64,000 nt of DNA from Octopus vulgaris (lineage: Eukaryota). Below are positions 37,569 through 51,244 of the stretch, one piece after another (position 1 is the stretch's first letter; the number at the start of each line of letters is the position of its first letter). Both the position numbers and the translations under genes were made by a program. Where the stretch lies: NCBI GenBank assembly GCA_951406725.2, contig OX597820.1, positions 33,666,001-33,730,000 on the forward strand. Direction: 5' to 3'. Below the pieces are notes generated by a model. It saw only the letters and a list, made by a program, of their open reading frames with translations. It was not told where the DNA came from and made no database searches.

Positions 37569-38198
37569 TATATATATACGCAGAGTTATATACATGTACA
37601 CACGCTATACATTGTTTTATACGCACTCGGACACGCATTTTACACATACGTATAGATAATACATTGTATGTATTTATGTGTGTACCGAGGCATTTGTGAG
37701 CGCATGAGTGTGCGTGGGGGTGTGCACAGTTAGACAGTTTCAGCTAAAACAAGTTCTATGCAGTCAGTATAGTCATGCTGTTGAGCTTTGCCAGCAGATG
37801 TGAAACTCAGAAGGGTAAATGTATTGACGAAATGATTTACTGATTCAATACTAATTTGAGGCATTGGTGAGCGGTGGGGGAAATGCTGAACACACAATGC
37901 TCGCTGATCTGTCTGTATGTGTATGTTTGTGTGTGTGTGTCTCAGACTTTTCGATAAACGCATGAAGTATCATGTGATAAAGTAAATTAGAAGCGTCATT
38001 TGCATAAACACACACACACACATGTATGCTTATGTGTGCATGTTATATATATATATATCTGTCTATATATATATACATGGATATATACATATATATATAT
38101 GTATATATGTATATATATATATACATATATATATGTATATATACGCATATATGTATGTATGTATATATATATATACACATATATATATGTAGCTATAT

Positions 38199-38264
<66 letters not shown>

Positions 38265-38349
38265 CATTTGTAATTAAGATGGTATTATCTGCACACCTCG
38301 AAGTAAGATGAATAAAAAGCAAATATGTAACAAGTGCACCTAGGTATTA

Positions 38350-38438
38350 CTACTATACGGTCGTTTCAGGTGGCTCCATTTATTCGAACAATGCAAGCAT
38401 TACATCACTTTGAAATACACCGCCATCTTCGGTTGCAA
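38350..38438 (-). ncRNA. Type-I hammerhead-like motif (U4>C)
   Basis: TTGCAA-CCGAAGA-TGGC...GCCA-CCT-GAAAC-GACC-GTA-TAGTAG, about 90 nt from (TA)n. Confidence 0.55.
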
Positions 38439-38932
38439 ATATATAGATTTTCAACAGAGAGGATATTCTATTATAATTTTTAGCAAATATTTCGTCGGAG
38501 ATAGAGAATGAAAAAATTCCATGCTACTACTATTGTAGCAGGTTAAACTTAGAGAAAAGCAACTACAATTTTGGTAGAAGTGGTCAATACAGAGTGGCAG
38601 AAGTGGTCCACAGTGGGTGTCATGGTAATTTAGCTACAATTTTTATCTATCCCCTTATCATCATCAAAAGACCTAATTCAGTTAGTGAACTGCATATATT
38701 AAGAATTAAAACCACTTGGAGTTGACAGCTAAGTTCTAGCAGCTGGTCACAAATTCAATAATTGTTAGATATTCTCTCAAACCTTAATTCACTGTGACAA
38801 TATAATTCCCTTGACACATAAAGAAATAAATCTCAGAAGTCATTTGGATAGTGGTAAATGCCCAGAAAAAGAGGTTGGGTAGAGGTGACATAAACTTTTT
38901 TATTACTATCAGTCTCCAATAGAAAACATAGG

Positions 38933-39628
38933 ACGCTACAATGAGATGTAGATGGGCATTAAAGGTACAGAGGGAAAAGATATTATATTTTGTATAATAA
39001 ATGTTAATTTTTTTAAATTTAAAAAGGGATATGAGAACCGGGTAAAGTAAAAAGAATATATAGACCAATTTAAGCACAAAAAAATGGAGATTACTTTTAT
39101 ATAAAATATAAGCTTCATAATACTTCATCTTAGCAGGACTTTCAGGTGGTTATGATACTTACATTCAGAATTTTTCTGGGAAAGGGATATACATTTCCTA
39201 TTGATTGAAAACAGGGGTCCAAAAGCAGAAATATAAGATACATGGTTCTCTAACAGATGAACTTATTTAAAATTATATTATACATATATTTTTAAACAAG
39301 CTTATCTGTTATGAACCATTTATCTTATTTTTCTGCTTTTGGACCCCTGTTTTCAATCAATAGAAAATGTATATCCCTTTCCCAGAAAAATTCTGAATGT
39401 AAGTATCATAACCACCTGAAAGTCCTGCTAAGATGAAGTATTATGAAGCTTATATTTTATATAAAAGTAATCTCCATTTTTTTGTGCTTAAATTGGTCTA
39501 TATATTCTTTTTACTTTACCCAGTTCTCATATCCCTTTTTAAATTTAAAGAATTTAACATTTATTATACAAAATATAATATCTTTTCCCTCTGTACCTTT
39601 AATGCCCATCTACATCTCATTGTAGCGT
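38933..39628. repeat. About 700-bp fold-back palindrome
   Basis: Near-identical ORF text on opposite strands (MKYYEAYILYKSNLHFF...). Centre at about 39280. Confidence 0.93.
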
Positions 39629-39784
39629 TCTGAATGTAAGTTGAGTTCATTGTTTGAATAATTGTATCATAACCACCTGAAAGAGCAATTTTTTACAATT
39701 ATGAAAAGTCGTAAAAGATGTAATGATATAAGGAGATATAACAGCATAAAAATATGGCATACACATATATATACAAAGAAAACA

Positions 39785-39833
<49 letters not shown>

Positions 39834-40117
39834 GTTTATATATTTGTTGTGCAAGATTTTTTATGTGAAGGCGTGTGTTGAAACAGATATTGTTATATTT
39901 CGGAATGGTCATTTTGCCAGTTTAGCCAATAAAATAAGAAAGAAGAAAACAAAGGACCACTGGTGCGGTCACAGGAGTGTGACGAAAGAACCCTGACCGA
40001 AATAAGATTAAGATTAATGTAAAAGATAAAAAATAAAAAATAAATAACACTGAAGCAAAATAACACCAAATATATAGTGCGTGTGTTTTTATTGGCTAAA
40101 CTGGCATTCCGAAATAT

Positions 40118-40154
<37 letters not shown>

Positions 40155-40534
40155 TTTATCGAGGATCGGAACTCAATCCTTGTTTTTGTTTATCTTTATT
40201 TTATTTACTGAGTTCTCTCTTCCATATTATACAAATATAGGGACATTTACTTATTTAAGTAGCTTCAAATCTGGTTACTTCTAAACAAAAATGGTAATAT
40301 TTTAATATCCATTATTATAGCCTAACTCTATATCTATGGGGTAATATAGGTTGTAGTTATTGTAGCTCTAAGTTTATCTTTATATTTATTACGGAATTCT
40401 CCCTCCGATAAGCTAAATAAATAAAGAACTTTTATTGTTAGTTGCTATAAACAATTTTTTTTTACATCAATAACTTTAAATAAAAGAGAAAAGTTGTTAT
40501 AAATTACCAATATGATAGTGTAATATCATTTATT

Positions 40535-41616
40535 CTTTTGTTCCAGTCATTTGACTACTGCCATGCTGGAGCACCGCCTTTAATCGAGCAAATCGACCCC
40601 GGGACTTATTCTTTGTAAGCCTAGTACGCTAAGTTACGGGGACGTAAACACACCAGCATCGGTTGTCAAGCAACGATGGGGAGACAGACACAGACACACA
40701 AACATATACATATTGTTACGAACATGCCGTCGCTCAACTCGAACCCGGGACCCTATTAAGTCGAGCGACGACGATGACCAGGCTCAGTCAAACGGGAATC
40801 CGCCACACAGAAAACGGTGGTGGAGATGACAGCGAACTCAAACCGGTAACCGGAGATAACAACAACAACAACAGGAAGAGAGAGACACGGCGGAAGGCAG
40901 TAGCTTATATTTACAACAGTTTATACAATTTTTACAACATCAAATAAAACGTAATACATATCAGATACATTAAAGAAAATAACATGCAACAGAATTAAAA
41001 AGAAAACCAACAAAAATATGCACAATACAACAAGTCCGAAGACAATCAAAAACAGTTCAAATCAAAGTCTTTCTCTTTCTTTAACACAATGTTCTTTTCC
41101 TTTTTTTTAACACAATTCACAGTTCTTTTTCTTCTTTTTACAACAGATTACAGTTTACGTCATAATCTCGTTTCTTTTACATTTCACATCAAAAACATAA
41201 ACAAAGCATACCGCATGTTTCCTCGTTTACAAACTCCTACTACAAGCATTCTAGCCTTCTCGCCGTAATCTCCCTTTCGCTTTACATGTCCTCAATACTA
41301 TCTGCCTGTCCCTCTCGCCTCTTACCAACTGTCATCTCTGCATCGACCCTCACGCCAACTGACTCTGTTGCCAACTCAACTCCTCTCGCCAACTGCCATC
41401 TCTCAGGCAAAACTGACCAACCCAGGCCAACAGCTCCCGCATTTTAAAGGGTAGCATTTTTTTTTCCTTAAACTTTGCCTGACCGGATAGGGTCAGATGT
41501 TTCTTCCAAACTCATTAATTTCCCTAGAAATTGACAGGACAAAGGCTTTTCCCCGTCTGTCTGGCGCCAAACCACGAAACCAGGCCACAGCACTCTTTCT
41601 CCGAATGACCCCGTAT

Positions 41617-41682
<66 letters not shown>

Positions 41683-41770
41683 GACAGGCTTCTTTCAGTT
41701 TCCGTCTACCAAATCCACCGGAACCATGTGGTTGGTAAGCGAGCTACTTACCACACAGCCACTCCAGTTC
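40535..41770 (-). mobile_element. SINE family B split by a solo-LTR insertion
   Basis: 3' half at 40535-40710, 5' half at 41680-41770. Confidence 0.8.
40714..41618. mobile_element. Solo LTR (905 bp), Gypsy-like
   Basis: TGTTACG...CGTATCA termini with a 4-bp TSD ATAT. It interrupts a SINE. Confidence 0.75.
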
Positions 41771-42123
41771 CTATATTATTTATATTTATTTACATGTTTT
41801 ATTACAGTCCCTGAATTGAGTAAGACCCTGATACTTAATTTATATACCTATACATTGTTGTTGTGTGTTATTATAAAAGCCAAAGATTGTCTTCGACCCA
41901 AACGATTTGGGATTAATGTTATTTGATAGATAGAAATATATTTCGATAGTTGTAGACTCTATTTCCTTAATTATTTTGTCCGTTATAATTTTATTGTTTT
42001 TTTTAATTGTAATTGTTATGTAGTTGAAAAGTTAACGCTCACGCTCATAATACACACATTTGAATTATTTTTTTTACAATCCAACCGTCCTTTCACACGG
42101 AATTTCGTCTGTCTGTAAACCAA

Positions 42124-42202
42124 AGCTCTGATGAGACTTATATAAGTAGATATGCATTGTATAAAGCAAATAAGATATATAAGTCGTAACAAATTGTTGG
42201 CT
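42124..42202 (+). ncRNA. Type-I hammerhead motif with one core mutation (GAAAC>GTAAC)
   Basis: AGCT-CTGATGA-GACTTATATA...TATATAAGTC-GTAAC-AAATT-GTT-GGCT. Perfect 10-bp stem II. Confidence 0.7.
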
Positions 42203-42769
42203 ATTTTGGTTTTTTGATGTTGTTTTATGTTATATTATATTATATTCATAGTATATTATGTTATAATATAATATAAATAAATTATCGGATTGTCAATTGA
42301 ATCTCTCTATTTAATTTATTGTTTATGTGTGTGTGTGACGAATATATTAAATTTATAAGATGTAATTATAAATAACAGAAAAAATATAAATCTAAGTATC
42401 ATATTGCATTACATCTCACTATGCTTACCTGCAGAGAGAAGTAACATACTCCGTAAATCATAGAATGTTACACTAGTATATACGAAGGTAAATAGGAATA
42501 CAAAATATAACATTTTACGATATAATACAATGTAAACTGCAAGAATAAATAAAATATAGTACACCAAAAAAATAAATAAATAAAATGTAATATATATTTA
42601 TATGTTTATATATATATATATATATATATTTATATGTTTATATATATATATATACAAATAAAGAAATTCGGGGTGAGTACTTGATAATTGTAAGCACCTG
42701 TATATACCGTTTGGTGGTGTAGGTGGTGGAGTAAATTAATCAAAATAAAAACACGATGCCAAGGATTCA

Positions 42770-42847
42770 GCGGTACATATGTTTCGGGCCTTTATTAGAC
42801 GGATTTATAACAATGCATAATGTGTGTCTGTGGCCTTCTTCAGCCGC
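42770..42847 (-). ncRNA. Type-I hammerhead ribozyme motif
   Basis: GCGG-CTGAAGA-AGGCC...GGCCC-GAAAC-ATAT-GTA-CCGC. Intact core, GUA site. Confidence 0.82.
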
Positions 42848-43474
42848 GCACAACTACTTCCTCAAGGACATGTATTACATCAAAAATTCTTGGTTGGGGA
42901 TGCAAATCCTCTCATTCGAGTACGACATAATGCGGCAACAGCATAAAAATGAAGCGTCCATCTCGTTCTTCTCTCAATGTAGAATGAGGAAGTTTGGATG
43001 TTGAGGTAATATAAATAAATGAATAAATAAATATATACATATATAAATGCAGACAGACGTGAAGGAACCTAGTAATAAGAGCAAATAGAGATAAAGATGG
43101 AGGGGCGAGAATTCAGGACGAAGGATAAAAATATATATAAAAAGTGTAAGTATAGAAAAATATAAAAATGTAGAGTATAAAGATATAAAGAGATATAAAA
43201 AATATTAAAAAAATATAAATGAATATAAAGGTATAAAGTTATAAAAAAATAAAATAAAAAAATAAAAAATAAAAAAATAAAAAAATAAAAAATAAAAAAA
43301 TAAAACATAAAAAATAAAGAAAATAAAAAATAAAAATTAAAAAATAAATGTGTATGTAAGTGTATGCGCACACGCACGTATAGACACACAGATGTGTGTG
43401 TGTGTGCGTGTGGATACGTGTGCGTGGGTCCGTGTGTATGTATATATGCGTGTATGTATGCATTTGACTGTATC

Positions 43475-43690
43475 CTGTTAGGTGGCTAGTCCAGCGGAAC
43501 GAGACGTCATCAATGTTTTGACCAATCATCTCGTTAGGTGGCTAGTCCAGCAGAACGAGACGTCATCAATGCTTTGACCAATCAGAATTAGCTGTATCGT
43601 ATGTGGAAACCGACCAAGCAGGGTGACAATAGCTTGCCCACTGAGGTAATACGTCATCAGTTTCTTGACGAATCAGGATTAGATCTGCTC
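43475..43690. repeat. 55-bp tandem repeat module with GACGTCA and CCAAT motifs, shared with 36300-36580
   Basis: GTTAGGTGGCTAGTCCAGC.GAACGAGACGTCATCAATG.TTTGACCAATCA x2. Confidence 0.8.
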
Positions 43691-43716
43691 GTAGAGATCT
43701 TTTTATAAATTTTTTT

Positions 43717-43753
<37 letters not shown>

Positions 43754-44475
43754 CAGCGTATTTAATCGATCAATTGGCTTACTGATCAATTGATTGTTTA
43801 GCCAATCAGTTGTTTGATTGATTAGTTAGTTCACTGATTATGTACTGAGTAGTTAACCAAGAGACTGATCGGTGGCTTTATAAATTTTCAATTTAGACCA
43901 TTTTTTAACCCTTTTCTTACCTCCTTTTAACCATATTTAATCTTAAATGCCCAAGGAAATTTTTTCATTGTTATTTTTTTTTATTTTACACTTCAATTTT
44001 ATTGAGTTAAAAGGCTTTATAATACTTTCCTCCACCTTCTAAATTCCTAATTGTCCAAATAGGTAGTTCTCTAAATTTTAATGTTATCTTATTATTCTTA
44101 TTTTATCTCATTTTATTGTATTTGATTTTAGTTTTATTTTGGGCCCCTTACAGCATATATAATTTATTTATTTATTTGTTTATTTATTTATTTTACCCCT
44201 ATCAACAGTTTTAATAACAGGTCTTTTGTTTCTATATTCTAACTAACCAATTATATCGGGCATTTGACCCTGGTCTATCTCACTTTGGGCAATGGGTGGA
44301 TTGACTGAAATGCCTACTATTAAGTAAAAATTACATTTATCGATAAGCACTTTATTATGATCAATACTATTACTTAGTACTACAAACATAATTATTAATA
44401 ATAATTATTATTATTATTTTAACACCTTACTGCATCTTTACTCTTTGCCTCACCTATCCTATTTGCGTAAACAGC

Positions 44476-44521
<46 letters not shown>

Positions 44522-44856
44522 GAGTGAGAGAGCAGTTCATGCCATCAAAGTGACACTGGGGTAAAATATACGAAGCCCAATATACCCATCATGACTACCC
44601 GTCTGATAAGGGTACACCAGGCACATGCATCACAACCATATGTGCGCGACATGGTGATCTCATATCAAGATAAACAGCACATGAGCTTGCAGGTGGGGCC
44701 CAGTTAGAATTTTCTTCGGGTTGAGTAGCCCATCCCGCTCAAAAGGTCCCTGAATAAGGGTTGCTTAAGGATGTTGAAAGAACCACCCATGTTTCCAGAG
44801 GTGAATTATTCAAACCCCAAAGAATCCCTCTCAACACATGGCTATGATGCTCCCCC

Positions 44857-44857
<1 letters not shown>
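44522..44857 (-). mobile_element. About 336-bp non-coding element inserted in (ATT)n
   Basis: Clean (ATT)n tracts on both sides, no ORF and no tRNA head seen. Orientation is inferred. Confidence 0.6.
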
Positions 44858-44908
<51 letters not shown>

Positions 44909-45082
44909 TATTCAACCTATGCCCCCCCCGTAATATAGAACAATCCAACCAAATATCCCTTTAGGAGTTTAGTCATTTACTTAACGTCCTAGTGAGATAC
45001 ACACGTAACATGACATGATTCTCATCATATTCAACCTTTCCTTCTTCTTATCTGGTCTCTTCTTTTTATTTATTTATTTATT

Positions 45083-45191
45083 TTCCACTCTGATGAAGTT
45101 CCATGATTCAAATCAGTTTTATTACCAACTATGATATATTTTAGCATAATAATAGTGATACATTGGCAGCAGAAACAGCTGTTAGATGGGA
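45083..45191 (+). ncRNA. Type-I hammerhead motif with a long stem-loop II
   Basis: TTCCACT-CTGATGA-AGTTCCA...TGGCAGCA-GAAAC-AGCT-GTT-AGATGGGA. Confidence 0.65.
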
Positions 45192-46019
45192 TGCAGTATT
45201 TTTGTAAATAATAAATAATAATTGATGCAAATCAATTGTTGTTCATCTAAAAGGCCGATTTTTTCCAATTTTAATATCAAAACAAACGCAGTTATAATGA
45301 AGACAAAAGGCATCTGAGGAGTGATGCATACCCTGCGCGCAGATAATTTTTTTCTCAAATTATCGTAAAGCTTATAATGCGTTGCTTACCCATGCTTTTT
45401 AACTGAACCGAATTAAGGTGATCAAAAGAGGATTAGAAGGCTAAGAACGCTGAAATTAAGAAATAAACTCGTAAATAAACGAAACCCTCGAATCCATCAC
45501 TGTACACACACACGCACACACACACACACAGTCGAACATGTATGTATGTATGTATGTATGTATGTATGTATGTATGTATGTATGTATGTATGTATGTATG
45601 TATGCGTGTATGTATGTATCCACACGTGTCTACGCGCATAGGTAATAGGTACACCATGATATAAACACACGCAGACGAGGATCGGTTCATATGAAAAAGA
45701 AAGCGATGAAAATGAAATACTTATAGAAAATATTGCATAGCAACGTCTGAAAATGATGGCAGGTGAATCAAACGCACTGTACTTCGTTGTAGGACATAAA
45801 TAATATGAACACCTGCTTACTGGGAAATTTGTAAGTTCAATTTTTTTTTTATAATTCTTTTTTTTTTTAAGTATCACCATTATAGGTATTTATACTACGA
45901 TGAAATTAAGAAATCAATTCGTAAATAAACGAAACCCTCGAATCCATCACTGTACACACACGCGCGCGTACACACACAGAGTCGCATATTTGTGTATGTG
46001 TTTATATATGTTTGAAGAT

Positions 46020-46175
46020 AAACTAAATTTTCATCATTTCAAGCTACTCACCCAATGAGTATTTCTGCCAAATTTGGTGAAAATCCTTTCAGCTGTTTTC
46101 TGGTAATTTTGCAAACACACAAACACAGACGAATGATTACAATACCCTGCTTTAGCTTACGCACGCAGGGTAATA
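46020..46175 (+). mobile_element. Helentron/DINE-like non-autonomous end
   Basis: CCAAATTTGGTGAAAATCC...ACAAACACAGAC...TACCCTGC-loop-GCAGGGTA hairpin followed by (TAA)n. Confidence 0.5.
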
Positions 46176-46693
46176 ATAATAATAATTACATATGGAAAAA
46201 TAATCCTTCAAATCATTCCAAACATTTTTTGCGGCACACACAAAAAGACATACATACATTTACACATTTATTGGAATATAAATAATACACCGCTAATACT
46301 AACACAATATTGGAATACAATATTTTTTTTTAATTATTGTCTTCCATACATTAACATTTTGGAAATGACTTTTTTGTATGCGTATACTGAAATTGAAAAA
46401 TTGATGTGACCATGATAGTCTGTTGATTTGGTGAGATAACTGTCTATACCTGCATTCGTTTGTAAAATGTACAGTAGTACTGTGCAATTTATAACATACA
46501 CACTAATGTAGATATGTAAAATAATTTATTATACACTAGAATAAATTATTTTTGTATGATGTTGGCTGCGAAACAGCCGTCATCTTATGGATATCAACTG
46601 ATGAAATAAATATATTCATCTCATACCGGATCTTTGTGGTTTTCATTACTGTTTGCAATTATCTTTAAAAAAAGTTTTTTAATGTATCATATA

Positions 46694-47873
46694 CGAGGGG
46701 TGTCTGAAAAGTCTTGAGCCTCAAAAAAACAAAACATAGTACAAGACTTCTGATGACTGAACACTAAGAAACTTCCTACAGTGTCTATGACGTCATTGTC
46801 AGTGGCAAAATGGCAACCAGCCAGGCCTTTTTTCAATTTGGGGAATAGATGAAAGTCAGAGGGGACTAAGTCTGGCGAATAAGGGAGATGGGGAACAAGT
46901 TCGTCTCCACAATCACGAATTATTGAGGTGTGGGCTGGAGCATTGTCGTGATGAAAAAGGACTCCTCTGGTGAGCATTCCTGGCCTTTTTTCTTTGATTG
47001 CTTCCTGGAGGCATTACAGTACCTGAGAATAATACAGCCCTGTCACAGTGTGACCCTTTCCAAGGTAATCGATCAGCAAGACACCTTCAGAATCCAAAAA
47101 AAACTGACGCCATGACCTTGCCAGCTGAAGGAATGACCTGGCCTTCAGGAGAAGATGATGTGCTTCCATTGCTTTGATTGTTCTTTGGTTTCAGGCTGGT
47201 AGTGATGAACCCAACTTTCGTCCATAGTAATAAAACGAACAAGAAAATTCTCTTCATCGGCTTCAAACAGTTCCAGATTGCTCGTGGACAAAGTGCACCT
47301 AGTGCGTTTCTGTTCAGGAGTCAAAACCCGAGGAACCCACCTTGCAGAAACCTTTGAGAACCCATGTTCTTTTGTCCCAATGTTGTCTGCTCTTTCATTT
47401 GAGATGCCCAGTCTCTCAGCTATCTGGCGACATGATATTCGACGATCTTGCGTTATCATACCAAGAGCAAGGTCAATGTTGTCCTCGGTGGTTGCAGTTG
47501 GAGGCCTCCCTGGTCTGGGATCATCTTCCACACTCTTCCTGCCACGCTGGAATTCATTTACCCAGCGTTTGAATGTTGCATATGAAGGAGCATTTTCTGT
47601 TAAGGTTCTCACCATATCTTCATGGATTTCTGAAGGAGTCATGCCTTTCAAATGAAGGTACTTCATTACAACACGATACTCAGTTTTCCCCATTTTCCTT
47701 GTAACCTCGACACTTGTTTATTCAAAAATCTGTAACAAAAAAAAATTAAAATATCAGAATCATAAAAATGAGCAAGAATACTCCGATAAGACTGTACTTA
47801 CCAGAAAACATTGTTTCAGCTACCTAGCAGCCCCGTTTCTATGTTAGGCTCAAAACTTTTCATACACCCCTCG
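46694..47873 (-). mobile_element. Mariner transposon with both TIRs
   Basis: TA|CGAGGGGTGTCTGAAAAGTCTTGAGCCT...AGGCTCAAAACTTTTCATACACCCCTCG|TA. Confidence 0.95.
46760..47693 (-). pseudogene. Mariner DD34D transposase, frameshifted with the C-terminus deleted
   Basis: SARWVPRVLT, ITMDESWVHHY, FHHDNAPAH, PHLPYSPDLVPSDFHLFPKLK. Confidence 0.93.
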
Positions 47874-48944
47874 TAGATGTAACTTTTGACGCTAAATCCG
47901 AATTTGTTATTCATTTATTCCGGAAAAATCTTGCAAAAATGTTACGGGTGTTCAAAGTTTGATAATTTTCAGAATTTTCAACCAATCAGAAAACAGCGCG
48001 TTCACTGCCTCTTCCATCATCAGGACGTGGAGGCGGGGAGCATCAGCATGTCAAAACATCAAACCAGGTACGCGAGCAAATGAAATATTTAAAATCTACG
48101 AACAAACAAAACCAACAGGAGTTACTAGAAATAATAGTCAAAACATAAAAATATACACCAGTAAAATTTATATTAAAACATTCGCGAGCAAAGCTACGAA
48201 CAAGCCAACAGAAATAACAGACAAAACATTGTTTAAAACAGACGTTTATTAGTTAACAAAAATTCAAGCACGAAAGTTTGCAGTACACTCTAGGATTTTA
48301 TAAAATAAATTATCTTTCTCATATCTCCTTCTCTGCATAAATTCACAATTATAAGAGTCAACCATGTCCAGGTACTTTCAATTATAGTGCAAGTAGTGGT
48401 TACACTCCTTGTACGTATGTGCAGCATCTTTGGTTACTATGAAAACAGAGTTCTTCGCAATCAGCTATGGAACAAGTGGTGCTTCTTTGCTTTGGTTACT
48501 ATAGAAACAGACTTCTTCGTCACGGTGATGTCTAAAGTACTCGCTTCTTATTAGCTAAAATACCCAAATGTTGAAAATCTTAAAAGCTAATAATTTTTTA
48601 ATAATGGGTTTATAGGGGAAAATGAATTGCATTTTCATAATTAGTATACAAAACTGAATCCATATGCCAAATTTGAAAACAACTGGAACAAAATTGTAGA
48701 CAGTGACGAAAACCACAAAGATCCCTCATACCTCCCAACTTTCTTTATACTCTATAATCCTCATGAAATAATCTACACTGATTGAATTTACTGGATTTCA
48801 ACTGCGTAGGATTCTATATTACACTCCTGCATAATGGTTCACTAAGTGGTTTACTATGTGGTTTGTAGCTTGGTCCACTGAATGAGCGTTTTTGTGATAA
48901 CCCATTGGATTACATAAATCCATATGTTGTTTATTAAAGTTATA

Positions 48945-49003
48945 AACAGACAGACAGACAGGTACAGACCGACAGGCACAGACCTACAAACAGACAGATA
49001 GAC

Positions 49004-49052
<49 letters not shown>

Positions 49053-49321
49053 CATACATACATACATACATACATACATACATACATACATACATACATA
49101 CATACATACGTACATACGTACATAGACAGAGCGACAGACAGACAGATAGACAATGAGACAGACAGATGAATAGACAGAGACAGGCAGATAGACATACAGA
49201 TGGAGAGACAGACAGACAGACAGACAGATAGACAGACAGATGGAGAGACAGACAGACAGACAGATAGACAGACAGTCAGGTAGATAGATAGACAGATAGA
49301 CAGACAGGCAGTCAGATAGAC

Positions 49322-49364
<43 letters not shown>

Positions 49365-49373
49365 TAGACAGAC

Positions 49374-49420
<47 letters not shown>
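48945..49420. repeat. (GACA)n/(GATA)n/(CATA)n microsatellite
   Basis: Direct read. Confidence 0.95.
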
Positions 49421-49422
<2 letters not shown>

Positions 49423-49784
49423 CGAAAGAAGGTTTGAAAATGCAATTTAAAAGATGTTTATTTACTTAACCGGTTTCACTCTTTGGAAAAAGTAACATAT
49501 GGAAGTTTGGTTGCGTTAATTATTGGTTGTTGCAAATTGCCACATTACATGTATATATACAGTCTTTGGTAACAGGGACATGTTAAGGACATAAAAAAGT
49601 ACAACAGTATGATGAGAATATTTGAAAAAATGGGCAGAAAAGATTAAAACAAATATATTATACATCTCGGGGTAATTTCCAGGAGGAAATATCGTGATGT
49701 GTTCATATGTACATGGAGGTGCGTTACCGCCAATGTTTTTAAGCATATAATTCCACTCGTGCGATACCCCACAACTCAACTTTG

Positions 49785-49848
<64 letters not shown>

Positions 49849-50166
49849 ATGTACTGGCGTATAAATGTGAATATATACACTCATTGCTACATAATAGAAA
49901 CACACACATGTATATAAGTATATATGTGCACACATGTGTGTACATAGACATGCACATATACACCTACATACATACGTGCATACACACACACACAATATAC
50001 ATATAATTATACATATTACATCTATGAGACATTAACACGGGCTCGAATATATTCACAAGTGCGAATAAATGAATAACTAAATCATACTTAAATATCTGTC
50101 AGCATATATACACAACAGTTTATATACATGCTGACAGAGACACCTGTATACGTACATAAAGGAATA

Positions 50167-50239
<73 letters not shown>

Positions 50240-50274
50240 TATGATAATGATTATAATAACAACCAGAATAATAA

Positions 50275-51098
50275 GTACAAGGACATGAATAATTACGCAA
50301 GAAGAGACTGCACAATCAATTCCATGTAGCCACAACAGAAATAGCTGGAAAAATAGGTGGTATTGGCTGATGAAAGGAAGCCTAAAAAAGGAGACCGAGA
50401 ACACTATACTGGCAGCACAGGACCAAGCTCTGGCCACGATCTGGAGGATCAATCTGAGGAATTAGCAATGTCTCCGCTGTGCCGCATCAGCAATAGAGTG
50501 GATGAAACCATTGCCCATATCACGAATGAATGCCTTAGACTTGCACAAAGCCACTACAAATTGTGGCGACACGACCAGGTAGCGAAAGTGCTACATTGGA
50601 AACTGTGAAAAGTGGGGGCTAGAGAGAGATATGATGTGGTATAAGCACAAACTGCAAAGAGTGACAGAGTTGGAGACTAGCAAAATCCTCTGGGATCAGG
50701 TGCTAGAACATAATAGACCAGACCTAGTGGTGGTGGACAAGGTGCACCACATATGCTATATAGTTGAAAGTGCATGCTCCTTTGACCCACGAATAGTCAA
50801 GAAGAAAGGCGAACTGATAGATAGATATAACCCTCTTAAGTACGAAATAGCCCGGCTATGGAAAATGAAGAAGGTGAAGATAGTGCCAATTATGGTTGGG
50901 TCCTTGGGAACAGTATCAGAAGGCATCATGAGGAATATAAAGGAAAATGGAATAGAGTGCCCAGTAGAGCTGTTACAAAAGGTTTGCCTCCTTGGCATGG
51001 CCAGAATAATCAGCTGAAAAGAACGAATAGCATGGTACCATAGGCTGCAGGTACTAAGACCGCTTTGCATGCAAGACTCCAGGAGCTCCAACAAAACC
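50275..51098 (+). mobile_element. R4/Dong-like LINE 3' fragment (CCHC + RLE), flanked by (TAG)n/(TAA)n-type repeats
   Basis: CRISNRVDETIAHITNECLRLAQSHYKLWRHD, EHNRPDLVVVDK, RYNPLKYEIARLWKM, VPIMVGSLG. Confidence 0.88.
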
Positions 51099-51114
51099 TA
51101 TGATGATGATGATG

Positions 51115-51185
<71 letters not shown>

Positions 51186-51244
51186 AAGAAGAAGAAGAAG
51201 AAGAAGAAGAAGAAGAAGAAGAAGAAGAAGAAGAAGAAGAAGAA

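Noticed and set aside
45735-45836. Possible small host exon (AG...GTGAAT or GTAAGT)
   Set aside because: No polypyrimidine tract, no recognisable peptide and no partner exons.
46555-46620. GAAAC..GTC..CTGATGA type-II hammerhead arrangement
   Set aside because: Stems I and II do not pair in register; a simple hairpin explains it.
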